A stretch of 64,000 bases of DNA from Candidatus Bathyarchaeia archaeon (lineage in GTDB: Archaea; Thermoproteota; Bathyarchaeia; Bathyarchaeales; Bathycorpusculaceae): contig JBEKKK010000001.1 of the NCBI GenBank assembly GCA_050010755.1, forward strand, positions 544,001-608,000, given 5' to 3'. A program made the translations under genes and the position numbers. Under the pieces are notes generated by a model that was given only the letters and a program-made list of their open reading frames with translations, was not told the origin of the DNA and made no database searches. This document shows positions 19,147 to 29,096 of this stretch, in pieces (the first letter of the stretch is position 1; every line of letters begins with the position of its first letter).

Positions 19147-19392
19147 TCATATAGCGACAGTCTCTCCAATCATTTCTAACGTTAATGCAGCAAATCCGAA
19201 CTGCAGATCGTAAGGGTCATTGCTCAATCCGAAGGCTATGAAACCCAGATTTGAATACAAGACTATGATGCCTCTCCAGAGCAGGCGGTTGCGAGAATCC
19301 CAACACAGGAATACTGCTACGAGAAGATCCTCAATCTCCTCACGATTGTCAAAAACCATATAGAAGGCGTACGGTAATATTACAGAAACCAT
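19147..19392 (-). CDS. Hypothetical small hydrophobic protein (possibly degraded)
   Basis: 81-aa ORF just downstream of 19421..20041; no motif. Confidence 0.3.
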   Translation of the reverse strand: MVSVILPYAFYMVFDNREEIEDLLVAVFLCWDSRNRLLWRGIIVLYSNLGFIAFGLSNDPYDLQFGFAALTLEMIGETVAI

Positions 19393-19420
19393 TTAGGTGC
19401 AGGAGTGCTTTGGGACTTAT

Positions 19421-20041
19421 TTATTGAACATTTATGGTCACAGCGTACACTTCTCCGAGTCCCTGCATCTCATTGATGCCCGCGGCACGCGTGCTTGCTG
19501 GAACCTCGTCGCCTTGAAGGATTGGCAAGAAACTGATGTGGATTGTGTAAGTTCCGGCTGGGACGGTGCTTGCCGTGTTTATCGTGTATTGGAACGTGGT
19601 TTCTCCCAAAGTGGTGGGTATCAGTGGAACCGTACTGAGCGGCAAAGCAGTGGCATTATCTAATGCCACTTGATTTATTTGTGGCACGTCGTAAAGGTTG
19701 CCGTACATGTTTAGCGAAACTGACAATCCCGCTGGCAATGCAGTGGCGGACTGATTGAACCCTCCACCCGCGTAATCGTATATTAGCAATGGATCAGCTT
19801 CGGTAACATTCACTTGTATGGTTCCCTTCCCTGCTGAACCTGAAGCAACCGTCAACTCTGAAGCATTGCCCCCGCTAAACTGAAAAGATATTGGACCCAC
19901 GTATGTTATGTCGTTGGGTGCAGTAGGCTTCAGCTTTGTGCCCGTGAAACCTAGGTTGTAACATAGTACACCGAGAATCAGGGCCAGAAGAACGGCTGCA
20001 ACGCCGTAGGTTCGAGTTTTCCTCTTGATTTCTTTTTGCAT
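19421..20041 (-). CDS. Membrane-anchored extracellular protein with Ig-like domain
   Basis: Basic N-terminus plus TM; LPAGLSVS and TINTASTVPAGTYTIHI beta-sandwich-like motifs. Confidence 0.7.
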   Translation of the reverse strand: MQKEIKRKTRTYGVAAVLLALILGVLCYNLGFTGTKLKPTAPNDITYVGPISFQFSGGNASELTVASGSAGKGTIQVNVTEADPLLIYDYAGGGFNQSATALPAGLSVSLNMYGNLYDVPQINQVALDNATALPLSTVPLIPTTLGETTFQYTINTASTVPAGTYTIHISFLPILQGDEVPASTRAAGINEMQGLGEVYAVTINVQ

Positions 20042-20113
20042 CTTGAATTACCACTATTACGTATTGTCTTCATCGGATTTTATCCTACGCTTTGGTACAT
20101 CGTGTTCCAGAAG

Positions 20114-20560
20114 TTAGTACGGTTTCAGGGACCATATGCGGAAGGCTTCAAACCAGAAGATTGCCGTGACGATGGCTCCGAAAGTGAGGATGAACAGGTT
20201 TTCGCGCGTGAACCCCTGCATCAACACGAATATGTAGAAAAGATAGAAGCTGGTGGAGAAGATAGCGTAGAAGAAGTACCTCGGAAACAGGAGCCTGCCC
20301 AGCTTGACAAAATGTCGAAGCACTCCAATCTTTACTTCGCTGGTTAAAGAGTAGGTGCCACCGACCTCCTCCTTCTTGACCAGTCCCAGCTGTCGAAGCT
20401 GCTCAAGATGATGCTGCGCCACGCTCGGGCTGCTGAAACGCAGAGTTTTCTGAACTTCGCGAACGCTCATAGGCCGACCATTCTTAAGAAGAAGCCAATA
20501 AACATTCCAATCCTTGCCGCGAAGTGCATACTCAAAAACCGCTTCATCTTCAGTGCTCAA
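20114..20560 (-). CDS. Winged-helix protein with two C-terminal TM helices
   Basis: MSVREVQKTLRFSSPSVAQHHLEQLRQLGLV, then two hydrophobic helices. Confidence 0.8.
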   Translation of the reverse strand: MSTEDEAVFEYALRGKDWNVYWLLLKNGRPMSVREVQKTLRFSSPSVAQHHLEQLRQLGLVKKEEVGGTYSLTSEVKIGVLRHFVKLGRLLFPRYFFYAIFSTSFYLFYIFVLMQGFTRENLFILTFGAIVTAIFWFEAFRIWSLKPY

Positions 20561-20712
20561 TTACAGCATGCCTCTCCATAGATACAAGTCAGAGTCACTT
20601 ATAATTCCAGTTATTAGAACGGTAGATGTAATATGCACCGTTCTGGCCATCGCCTAGGCGTTTTAGAGTGACAATAGAACAACATTTTGAAAAGACTTTG
20701 AGCGTCAACTTT

Positions 20713-21567
20713 TCACTTTACAGCGCCCGCGATGAATGCCAAGAGTCCGATGACGAACCACAGGAGCACGTTCTTCTTAATTTTTCTAGCGTTTTCCCTC
20801 GAATAGTCCTTGAGGAGCAAGAAGGATGAGGCGCCAAGCCCAACATCGGTCACGAGCACGAGAGGAATGAACCAGAAGGATACGAGTCCAAGAAGCCAAG
20901 GTATCGGACTCAACAGAACCGCCGAGACATAGAATGAGGCGGCTGCTATTGCGGCGCCTCTTTCGCCGTAGCGCACAGCCAGGGTCTTAACGTTCGCAGC
21001 CATGTCTCCCTTCACATCCACAATCCCCTTAGTTACTTCTCTTCCAGTGTTCGAAAGAAAAGCCATGGAGGCAAAGAGCAGAACATTCAACCTCACGGCA
21101 GCCACTATCGCTAAGCTTCCGTAAATGAACGGTATCGCCACGCATAAGCTGACCAGAAAGTTGCCCGGTAAGCCGCTTCTCTTTCCAAAAGTGGTGTAAG
21201 TTGCCAAAGCCATCCAAGCGATTACAGCGGTGACGAGACAGTAAGGGTTTGTCAAGAGGGCAAAGACAAAGCCCAAGATTGAAAGAATCGCCGCGAATAT
21301 TAGAGCATTCTTGGGTTTGATGAGACCGCTGGGGATGGGACGTTTCGGTTCGTTTATGGCGTCAATCTGCCGGTCGTAGTAATCGTTTATGACCATTGAA
21401 GCAGCGGTCAGCGTGAAACCGGTGACGAAACCGTAGACAAGGTTTGGCCAAGAACTGGTGCTTATGCTTGGGTTGGCGAGTGCTGCGCCGACGATCACGG
21501 CGATGCCCATCATCAGGCAGTTCACAGGACGGGTCAGGCGCCCGAAGCCGCCGATTTTGCTCATCAT
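20713..21567 (-). CDS. UbiA-family prenyltransferase, likely digeranylgeranylglyceryl phosphate synthase
   Basis: RPVN, INDYYDRQIDAINEPKRPIPSG, REVTKGIVDVKGD. Confidence 0.9.
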   Translation of the reverse strand: MMSKIGGFGRLTRPVNCLMMGIAVIVGAALANPSISTSSWPNLVYGFVTGFTLTAASMVINDYYDRQIDAINEPKRPIPSGLIKPKNALIFAAILSILGFVFALLTNPYCLVTAVIAWMALATYTTFGKRSGLPGNFLVSLCVAIPFIYGSLAIVAAVRLNVLLFASMAFLSNTGREVTKGIVDVKGDMAANVKTLAVRYGERGAAIAAASFYVSAVLLSPIPWLLGLVSFWFIPLVLVTDVGLGASSFLLLKDYSRENARKIKKNVLLWFVIGLLAFIAGAVK

Positions 21568-21694
21568 CGTTTAGACCTTGCCTCGATTCTATGGATTTTC
21601 AGCAGGAGCTAGTTATAAGATTTCTCGGATGAATTCGAAAGTTTAATACGTTTTCACGCCAAATAATCCATTAAAGCTCGTTGGTGACGAAATC

Positions 21695-22966
21695 TTGAGC
21701 AACAATTACTCGTTAGACAGGTTGAGGGTGATAATCCCAGTTGGGGGAAAGGCCACTCGTCTCCTGCCACTCACAGCCGAGACCAGCAAGGCGTGTCTGC
21801 GACTGCTGAACAGGCCGATGATAGATTTTTCGTTGCTGCCTCTTGCCCGTCAGGGCATCAAGAACTTCATTTTCGGTGTCAAAGGCTACACTAACTACCG
21901 GGATTTGCATGATTATTTTGAATCAGGCTACGGGTTTTCCGCCAGATATGACATAAAGCCGCGCGTTCACATCAAGTATCAGCCTAACGTGGACGATTTC
22001 GGAAGCGCAAGCTCCGCAATGATAAACATGGACTACTACGACGTCAAGGATCCGGTTTTCGCAGTGCAGGGCGACAACATTTTCGACGTCGACGTGAACA
22101 AACTCGTAAAGTTCCACGAAAAAAAAGGCGCTGTCATGACGATTGCGCTGAGAAGGGTTGAGAACGTCGAAGGCTACGGAATAGCTGACATAAACAAGGA
22201 AATGAGGATTTCAAGGTTTGTTGAAAAGCCCACGCCGAAGGAAGCGCCTTCGGATCTTGCCAACACGGGTCTGTACATGTTCTCTCCCGAGATAAGGAAG
22301 ATATTCAAAGAAAAAGGAGTCGCGCAAATAATCAAAGAGCGACACCGCCTCGACTTTGGCTTCGACTTCATCCCCTACTTGATTAGCACCGGCAGACCTG
22401 TCTACGGTTTCACCTTGGAGGGAAGCTGGTACGACGTGGGAACACCTCGACGCTACTTGGAAGCAATGCACGACATGCTCGACGGACGCTTCTCATCCCT
22501 GACCGACTTCGGAGGAAGAATAGACGAGAAAAAACGGATATGGGTCCAGGGAGAAAGCACGGAGTCAATGAAGAGAAGAAAGGAAATCCTCAGAAAAATC
22601 AACCTGAAGAAAATAGAGATTGAAGGCTCCGTCCTCATCGGAAGACACTGCAAGATAGCCGACGGAGTGAAAATAGTCGACTCTTGCATAGACAACTACA
22701 CACAAATCGGCGAGAACGTCGAAATAAACAACTCCGCGGTCATGGACAGGGTCATAATCGGCGAAAACGCCGAGGTCAAAGAAAGCATCGTTGGACGACA
22801 TGTCACCGTCCAGTCAACCGCCAAAAAACCCACCAAAATAAACTCTACCACAGTCATCGCCGACGACGTAATAATATCCGAGGGCTGCGTACTAGAGGGA
22901 ACCAAAATCTATCCACACCAATACGTCAGAGGACAGTTCACAAACCAAACACTCATGCCAGGCTAA
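21695..22966 (+). CDS. NDP-sugar pyrophosphorylase with C-terminal hexapeptide repeats
   Basis: PVGGKATRLLPLT, FVEKP, WYDVGTP, left-handed beta-helix repeats. Confidence 0.9.
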   Translation: MSNNYSLDRLRVIIPVGGKATRLLPLTAETSKACLRLLNRPMIDFSLLPLARQGIKNFIFGVKGYTNYRDLHDYFESGYGFSARYDIKPRVHIKYQPNVDDFGSASSAMINMDYYDVKDPVFAVQGDNIFDVDVNKLVKFHEKKGAVMTIALRRVENVEGYGIADINKEMRISRFVEKPTPKEAPSDLANTGLYMFSPEIRKIFKEKGVAQIIKERHRLDFGFDFIPYLISTGRPVYGFTLEGSWYDVGTPRRYLEAMHDMLDGRFSSLTDFGGRIDEKKRIWVQGESTESMKRRKEILRKINLKKIEIEGSVLIGRHCKIADGVKIVDSCIDNYTQIGENVEINNSAVMDRVIIGENAEVKESIVGRHVTVQSTAKKPTKINSTTVIADDVIISEGCVLEGTKIYPHQYVRGQFTNQTLMPG

Positions 22967-23063
22967 ACCCAACCCATGTGCCAGGTCAACCCCGACGCAC
23001 AATCCAACGCCCACATCTGCCTTTCCCAAACAGAATAGACCTTCTTGAAATCGGAGATAGAAC

Positions 23064-23537
23064 ATGCCTCTCAACTTGAACGAAATCAGAACGAGAACCG
23101 TTTCAGCAAACGATTACATCAACAATCTGGAAGAGCCCTTCAAGGAAAAATTCCTGACAAGGAAACAAACGTACCAGCTTAACCCAGAAGCCATCAACCA
23201 ACTCAAAGCGTTTGCAGGCAAATACGTCATCATCGCCTTTTCAGCAACATGGTGCAAAGACTGCGCACTAAACATTCCTGTTCTAGCCATGATAAACGAA
23301 ACAGCAGCAGTGGAGGTCAGAGTCTTCGGTGGGCTAAAGAAAGATCCGCTGGATCAAGTGCACAAATGGCGAATCCCGCCTTCCCCGCAAGAAGTGGAAA
23401 CACTGAACGTTGAGAAGATCCCACTCATCATAGTCGCCGATGCAGAGGGGAACGAAATAGGCAGAATAATAGAAAACCCCTCGCACCAACCCACTCTGGA
23501 ACAAGAAATCAGCGAAATCATCAGGTCCAAACAATAG
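23064..23537 (+). CDS. Thioredoxin-family protein
   Basis: WCKDC, KIP, EIGRIIENP. Confidence 0.85.
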   Translation: MPLNLNEIRTRTVSANDYINNLEEPFKEKFLTRKQTYQLNPEAINQLKAFAGKYVIIAFSATWCKDCALNIPVLAMINETAAVEVRVFGGLKKDPLDQVHKWRIPPSPQEVETLNVEKIPLIIVADAEGNEIGRIIENPSHQPTLEQEISEIIRSKQ

Positions 23538-23579
23538 CCCTGTTCTGCAACTCTGCGCTTCTCTGATGCTGTCGTGTGT

Positions 23580-24137
23580 TCAGGCTTTGAACCATTTGAA
23601 TATCAGATACTCTACCTTGCCCTTTTCACTGCCAGGCACAGCTATTATGAATCTCTTTCTGACAGTGGTTGCGAGTCTTCCGGCCTTGACAATTTCTGTG
23701 GCCGTCATCTCGGAGTCGGCCTGCTTCACTGAGACCATGTATGGCGCGTGTTCCACCCCTGGTCCATGCTTGTACACTGCGAAGTCGCACCCAAATTTTA
23801 TTCCCGGTGTCACAACGAGGCCATTGTCGCGGAGGTCCTTGTAAACAGTATATTTTTCTTCGAATTCGCTGTACAGCTGCTTGGCCATTTGACGGAGTTT
23901 TTTCAGGCTTACCTTCTTTTTGGCGGTGCCTTCGTATACTGTTATGTTTCCTTTTTCTGTGAGGTACAGGCCCTCCATCAGATCTAGAATGAGAGGCACG
24001 TTGAACTCTGGGATTTTAGGTTTGGCGATTCCGAGGGGTTTTCCGTAGAAGCCTTTCTTGTAGAGTTCTGAGCCTTCTTCCGGTTTCCAAACTACTAGGA
24101 AATTTTCGATTAGCTCCACGCCGATTTTCTTGGGCAC
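23580..24137 (-). CDS. endA: tRNA-intron endonuclease, catalytic subunit
   Basis: GIKFGCDFAVY..GPGVEHA, RLATTVRK (Y/H/K triad); GFYGKPLGIAKPK loop. Confidence 0.95.
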   Translation of the reverse strand: MPKKIGVELIENFLVVWKPEEGSELYKKGFYGKPLGIAKPKIPEFNVPLILDLMEGLYLTEKGNITVYEGTAKKKVSLKKLRQMAKQLYSEFEEKYTVYKDLRDNGLVVTPGIKFGCDFAVYKHGPGVEHAPYMVSVKQADSEMTATEIVKAGRLATTVRKRFIIAVPGSEKGKVEYLIFKWFKA

Positions 24138-24152
24138 CTTTTTTCTCGTCCT

Positions 24153-24809
24153 TTACATCATAAAAGAGAGAATTCGAGCGGCGTCGGAAGCATCTTCTGC
24201 TTTGTCCGCTGAGTCCTCGAGTAGCTGCAGAACATCTCTCATCAGGATCAATGCTGGAAACTCCACTTTGCTGCCGAGCAGTTTAATCTCGAGGTCTCTG
24301 TACAGCAGGTCGACGTTCTGTTCGGCTAACTCCACGTCTCTGGCCTTTTCCATCGTCTTTGTCGAGCCGTAGTTGAGGGCCATAACCATCTCTCTGAGCT
24401 TGAGCACCGTCTCGAAAACAGCCTCTGAAAGCCCTAGCAAATCCTTCTTTATGTCCATCGGCACGTTCCAGTTGTGCTGCATTATCTCGACAAGTCGGAA
24501 AGCTATGCCTTCAGAAAAATCTGCGATTTCGCTGGTCAAATTCGTGAACCTTAGGAAATCCTCTCTGCTGAGCAGGATTGCGCCTATCTCGGCGAGTTCC
24601 TGCGAAACTAATCGTCTCGCCTTGTCCACTTCAGCTTCGCCGCCTGTGACTTCGTTAAAAAGCTGTGTCGCCTTCTCCTTGTCGTTCTTCATGAAGTAAT
24701 CTATCATTTGAGGAACTTTTCTAGTCAGATCCAAGACCTTCCGTACGTGGTCTTGGCAAACGTTCAACGCTCTGCGCTTTACGCGTTCCTCAGTTTCTGC
24801 TGGAAGCAC
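24153..24809 (-). CDS. DUF47 / PhoU-like phosphate transport regulator
   Basis: EAEVDKARR, REDF, EQNVD, EDSADKAEDASD helical repeat; start uncertain. Confidence 0.85.
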   Translation of the reverse strand: MLPAETEERVKRRALNVCQDHVRKVLDLTRKVPQMIDYFMKNDKEKATQLFNEVTGGEAEVDKARRLVSQELAEIGAILLSREDFLRFTNLTSEIADFSEGIAFRLVEIMQHNWNVPMDIKKDLLGLSEAVFETVLKLREMVMALNYGSTKTMEKARDVELAEQNVDLLYRDLEIKLLGSKVEFPALILMRDVLQLLEDSADKAEDASDAARILSFMM

Positions 24810-24896
24810 CAAAGATTTTCCCGCCCGCAAAAAGGGCTGTCTTTACCTGCCCTTACATATGACTAATCGTTAAAAAAGGTAACGAAAGCCGCGCGT

Positions 24897-26654
24897 TCAA
24901 ATTGGCGTGCCTAACCCTTCAAAGTTGATTTTGAAACGGAAATATTTCCGCAGGAGTTCGGGCAACTCCGCGATTCTGCTTCGCACCTGCCTCCAACTGT
25001 CTCGATCTCGGATCGTGATGGTACCATCTTTGAGGGTTTCGTAATCAACCGTGATGCCTAGGGGAACGCCGGCCTCGTCTGCGCGGGCGTACCGTCTGCC
25101 AATAGAGCCTGCATCGTCATACTCGGCGATGAAACCCTCTTTGAGCAGCATTTTGTGCAGTTCTAAAGACTTTTCGGGCAGTCCGTCCTTGCTCATGAGA
25201 GGATATACTCCGACTTGCAAGGGGGCAATGTCTCTCGGAAAACTCAGCAGGGCTCTGTCCTCCTTGGTTTGATATGCGTATTCAAAGGCCACGTAGAAGA
25301 GTCGGTCGGAGCCGAAGGTCGGTTCAATGACGAACGGTATGAAACGTCTTCCCCGTTCAAGCGTTTTCTCACGTTTAATGTCCACGTGCTCCCGCAAAAT
25401 TCTGTGTTCGCCAAGTGCAAAGTAGCCGTCCCTCTTCAAGGCCTCTTCCAACTCTTTTGCATCCGTCTTGGAAAGCATTTCAGCGACTTTTCCGGCTTCC
25501 TTCTTGAATGCGGGCCCCAGCTTGGCCATGACAGGCTTAATGACTGTCTGTTCTCTCTCGATGGGCTTTTCATACTCCTTGAAGACGTACATGTCCTGGC
25601 CGCTGAATTCAGCGTGCCGTTTCAAGTCGTAGTCTGTTCGACAGGCGCAGGCGTTCACTTCGAGCCAGCACCATCTTTCAACGAAAACCTCTTGATCGAA
25701 TGTCTCGGAAGAATAGTGAGCTCTCTCCCACGGATGTTTTTCGATGAAACGCTGTTTTTCAGCAGGCACTCCTAGGGCGACCAGCAGCTTCTTCTGCAGT
25801 GCCATGAAAACCGCTTGCCACTCGGCTTTGATGTACTTCTTTTCCAGCGCTTCTTTCACGCTCACCTCTGTGATTTGTTCCGAGCCTTCTAGTCTGTCCT
25901 TCGCCAGGAGAAGCCGTAACGATTCATTTTCTACGTCTTTAAGCATGTGGCAGTCTGGCTCTTCAGGATCGTAGAAGAATTCCAGGTCGGCGATAGTGAA
26001 TTCTCTCAACCGAACCAAGCCTTGACGCGGCGAAATCTCATTCCTCAGGGCTCGGCCTATCTGCATCGCGCCGAAGGGAAGCGTTTCACGTGCAATTTCA
26101 AAAAGCCGCTTGAACTCTACAAAAATGCCCTGCGCGGCTTCAGGCCTCCCGTAGCCCACAGCGTCCGAATAGGGACCTATGCTCGTCTTAAACATGGTCA
26201 GAAACAATCTGGGCTCGTTGAAGACTCCGTCACATTCTGGACAGCGAATCTTCCGCTTTTCAATAGTCTCCTTCAGCTCGGCCAGGCTCATCTTTTCAGC
26301 TTCTGACTCGCTTATCTTTGCAACGTCACGAAGCAGATGATCGGCACGAAACCACTTCTTGCACTTCGAACACTCAACCATGGGCTCCTTGAAATGGTCA
26401 ATGTGACCTGAAGCCTCGAAAACCTTTTCAGGAGTGATAACGGGCGACTCGATCTCCATGATTCCGAGTTCATAAACGAAGAGCTCTCTGAGCTTTCTCT
26501 CAATGTTCTGCTTCACCCTCGCGCCCAAATAGCCGTAGGTCGCAAAGCCGCTTGCGCCGCCATAGATTTCGTAGGATTGCCAAAAAAAACCTCTCCTACG
26601 TGCCAACTCGTTTACGGCCGTGAACTTGTCAACCGTCTTCGTTTCATCCGCCAT
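24897..26654 (-). CDS. glyS: Glycine--tRNA ligase (archaeal/eukaryotic type)
   Basis: RPEAAQGIF, RNEISPRQG..RLREF, SIGRRYARADE. Confidence 0.97.
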   Translation of the reverse strand: MADETKTVDKFTAVNELARRRGFFWQSYEIYGGASGFATYGYLGARVKQNIERKLRELFVYELGIMEIESPVITPEKVFEASGHIDHFKEPMVECSKCKKWFRADHLLRDVAKISESEAEKMSLAELKETIEKRKIRCPECDGVFNEPRLFLTMFKTSIGPYSDAVGYGRPEAAQGIFVEFKRLFEIARETLPFGAMQIGRALRNEISPRQGLVRLREFTIADLEFFYDPEEPDCHMLKDVENESLRLLLAKDRLEGSEQITEVSVKEALEKKYIKAEWQAVFMALQKKLLVALGVPAEKQRFIEKHPWERAHYSSETFDQEVFVERWCWLEVNACACRTDYDLKRHAEFSGQDMYVFKEYEKPIEREQTVIKPVMAKLGPAFKKEAGKVAEMLSKTDAKELEEALKRDGYFALGEHRILREHVDIKREKTLERGRRFIPFVIEPTFGSDRLFYVAFEYAYQTKEDRALLSFPRDIAPLQVGVYPLMSKDGLPEKSLELHKMLLKEGFIAEYDDAGSIGRRYARADEAGVPLGITVDYETLKDGTITIRDRDSWRQVRSRIAELPELLRKYFRFKINFEGLGTPI

Positions 26655-26821
26655 TTTGTTCAGCCTCTTCTAGACTAAACATTTCAGAGACTTTAAGCTT
26701 ACTAGAACGAAGCACAGGCTCCCGAAGAGCTTCCACGTTTGAGTCTTGATCGCTTTCAATACGCGTTGGGGGCAGCGCAGCATTTTTTAAGCCACGTGCC
26801 GATTAAGAACTGCAAAACAAG

Positions 26822-27886
26822 GTGTCACCCTTGCCAAAGATTAAAGTTGCACTCGTCGGTGTTGGAAACTGTGCTTCAGCACTAGTCCAGGGCTTGCAGT
26901 ACTATGGTTCCAGTAGCGTTGAACGGATCGGCCTGCGGAACCCCGTGCTCGGAGGTTTTAGTCCGAAGGATATAGAAATCGTCGCGGCGTTCGACATAGA
27001 CGGCCGGAAGGTGGGTAAAGACCTGTCTGAAGCCATCTTTGCAGAACCCAACAACGTGTCAAAACTGGACGACGTGCCCTCATACGGCGTGCTCGTGCAC
27101 AAGGGTCCTGTCCTCGACGGATTAGGCGAGTATACCAAGCATCTCGTTCATATAAGCCCTCATCCAGAGGCAAACGTTGCAAAGGTTTTGAAGGAAAGCA
27201 AAGCGGAGATCATGGTTGACCTGCTTCCCAGCGGAGCTGTGAAAGCTTCGCAATGGTACGCTCAGCAAGCCTTGACTGCGGGCTGTGCCTTCGTAAACGC
27301 GACGCCGAGTTTCATCGCCAGCGACGCTGCATGGGCCAAGAAGTTCGAGGCGGCTGGTTTGCCGGTTGTGGGGGACGATCTGGTTGATCAGGTTGGCTCG
27401 ACCACGTTGCACAAGACCTTATTGCAGCTCTTGTCCATGAACGGCGTTCATATTACGGAAACTTACCAGCTTGACGTTGGTGGAGGCACAGAGTCCCTGG
27501 ACACCTTGGATCGGACGAGAGACGTCAAACGCTCTGTAAAGACTCAATCCGTTGAAGCCTCGCTGCCTTATCCGGCTGCCGTAGTTGCCGGTTCCACTGA
27601 CTACGTGGATTTCTTGAAGAACAGGCGTGACAGTTACTTCTGGATCAGGGGCGTGCACTTCTGCAACGTGCCGGTTCAGATAGATCTGAAGCTTTCAACC
27701 GTTGACGCGCCGAACGCCGGCTCTGTTCTGCTCGACGTTGTTCGAGCTGTTAAAATGGCCTTGGAAAGAAAGCTGAAGGGGGCTCTCATGCCCGTGTGCG
27801 CTTATTGCTTCAAACATCCGCCTCAGCAGACAACGCTTGAGATGGCTGAAAGAATGTTCACGCAATTTGTGGCTGGGAAACAGTGA
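26822..27886 (+). CDS. ino1: myo-inositol-1-phosphate synthase
   Basis: GVGNCASALVQG, AAFDID, VGDD..QVGST, DAPNAG. Confidence 0.9.
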   Translation: MSPLPKIKVALVGVGNCASALVQGLQYYGSSSVERIGLRNPVLGGFSPKDIEIVAAFDIDGRKVGKDLSEAIFAEPNNVSKLDDVPSYGVLVHKGPVLDGLGEYTKHLVHISPHPEANVAKVLKESKAEIMVDLLPSGAVKASQWYAQQALTAGCAFVNATPSFIASDAAWAKKFEAAGLPVVGDDLVDQVGSTTLHKTLLQLLSMNGVHITETYQLDVGGGTESLDTLDRTRDVKRSVKTQSVEASLPYPAAVVAGSTDYVDFLKNRRDSYFWIRGVHFCNVPVQIDLKLSTVDAPNAGSVLLDVVRAVKMALERKLKGALMPVCAYCFKHPPQQTTLEMAERMFTQFVAGKQ

Positions 27887-27895
27887 AAGGGTTCG

Positions 27896-29008
27896 CTATT
27901 TCAGGGCAAGCCTTTGCAGTTCGCGCAAGACTTTTTCTTTCACGCCGGTCTGTTCTAGCTTTTGTTTCAGCAGCGTTATCGTCTTCACGGGCGTAGGGTC
28001 TATGCCGCGCAGGACGGCCAAGTAAACGCTCGTGAAATCTCCCGCGCAAATGACGGATGCCATCTTTGCTAGACGGCTCTCTCCTCGGCTGTGAACTTCG
28101 AACAGCTTCTTTATCTGTCTGCTCATCAATTCTTTTGTTACCTCGATTCTCTGGCGTATTTCAGGCGGTTCTTCACTGTCGCGAACAAAAATTGCGGAAA
28201 AACACTTCTTGAATTGTTCTGCTTCTTCCCACCCAACGATCTCGTTGTGGCAGAGTTCGGGAAAGAATTCCCATTTTGCAGGGTTCTTGCTGTTCTCGTT
28301 AAACTGAGTCTTCAGCCGCTGCGCAACTGTTCGATAAGACCCGAAGCCGTAAACGGCCGGAACGGTGCCATTCACGTTAACCGCCAGCTGCTTCGAGAAG
28401 TTGCGTTCCGACGGTACTCTAGGAGAATTGTCCGCGCTGACCTGCTCCAACACTCTGATGGTTTCCGACATCTCATCATTAAAGCCGGAAATCAAGCCGA
28501 TTTTTTCAATCGTAGCAATCAAGGGCAGGAAAAGGTACGGAAGAGTGGCGCGAGGCGCCATTCCTGAGGGCACGAGCAAATGGGAAAAACCCAGTTTTTC
28601 AGAGAACTCGTGCAGCTTTCCACCAGAACTCAAGCAGACAATCATGCACTTTCTCTTGATGGCGTCGCGGAAGACGCTGAGGGTTTCCTCTGTTTCCCCA
28701 GAGTAACTGACGACGAGCACTAGCGTGTGCTTGCTAGCGTACGCAGGCAGTGAGTATTCCTTACACACTTCTAGGGGAACAGCGATTCGATCTCTTGTCC
28801 AGTCTTTCAGCAGCTCGCCGCCTATGCCCGAACCGCCCATGCCCGCAACGACTATAGCGTCGGGTTTCGGGTAATCGACCAAAAGGGTTTTGGCCAATTT
28901 TGCGGCCCGCGCATAATGCAGGGGAGCTTCAACACAGAAGGAAAGCATATCGCTCTTGTCGATTCTTCTGATACCCTCCGAATCACCTAAAGTTTCCAGC
29001 TTTGTCAT
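27896..29008 (-). CDS. Bifunctional phosphoglucose/phosphomannose isomerase
   Basis: GMGGSG, SYSGETEET, RLKTQFNENSK, PELCHNEIVGW. Confidence 0.93.
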   Translation of the reverse strand: MTKLETLGDSEGIRRIDKSDMLSFCVEAPLHYARAAKLAKTLLVDYPKPDAIVVAGMGGSGIGGELLKDWTRDRIAVPLEVCKEYSLPAYASKHTLVLVVSYSGETEETLSVFRDAIKRKCMIVCLSSGGKLHEFSEKLGFSHLLVPSGMAPRATLPYLFLPLIATIEKIGLISGFNDEMSETIRVLEQVSADNSPRVPSERNFSKQLAVNVNGTVPAVYGFGSYRTVAQRLKTQFNENSKNPAKWEFFPELCHNEIVGWEEAEQFKKCFSAIFVRDSEEPPEIRQRIEVTKELMSRQIKKLFEVHSRGESRLAKMASVICAGDFTSVYLAVLRGIDPTPVKTITLLKQKLEQTGVKEKVLRELQRLALK

Positions 29009-29096
29009 CTATTTCGTTCTCCAACCCCTGTTTTGAAAACAATGTGACGCTTTGAGTTTTTAAACAAATTGCCCAATAATAGTCTTCACCAAGAGC

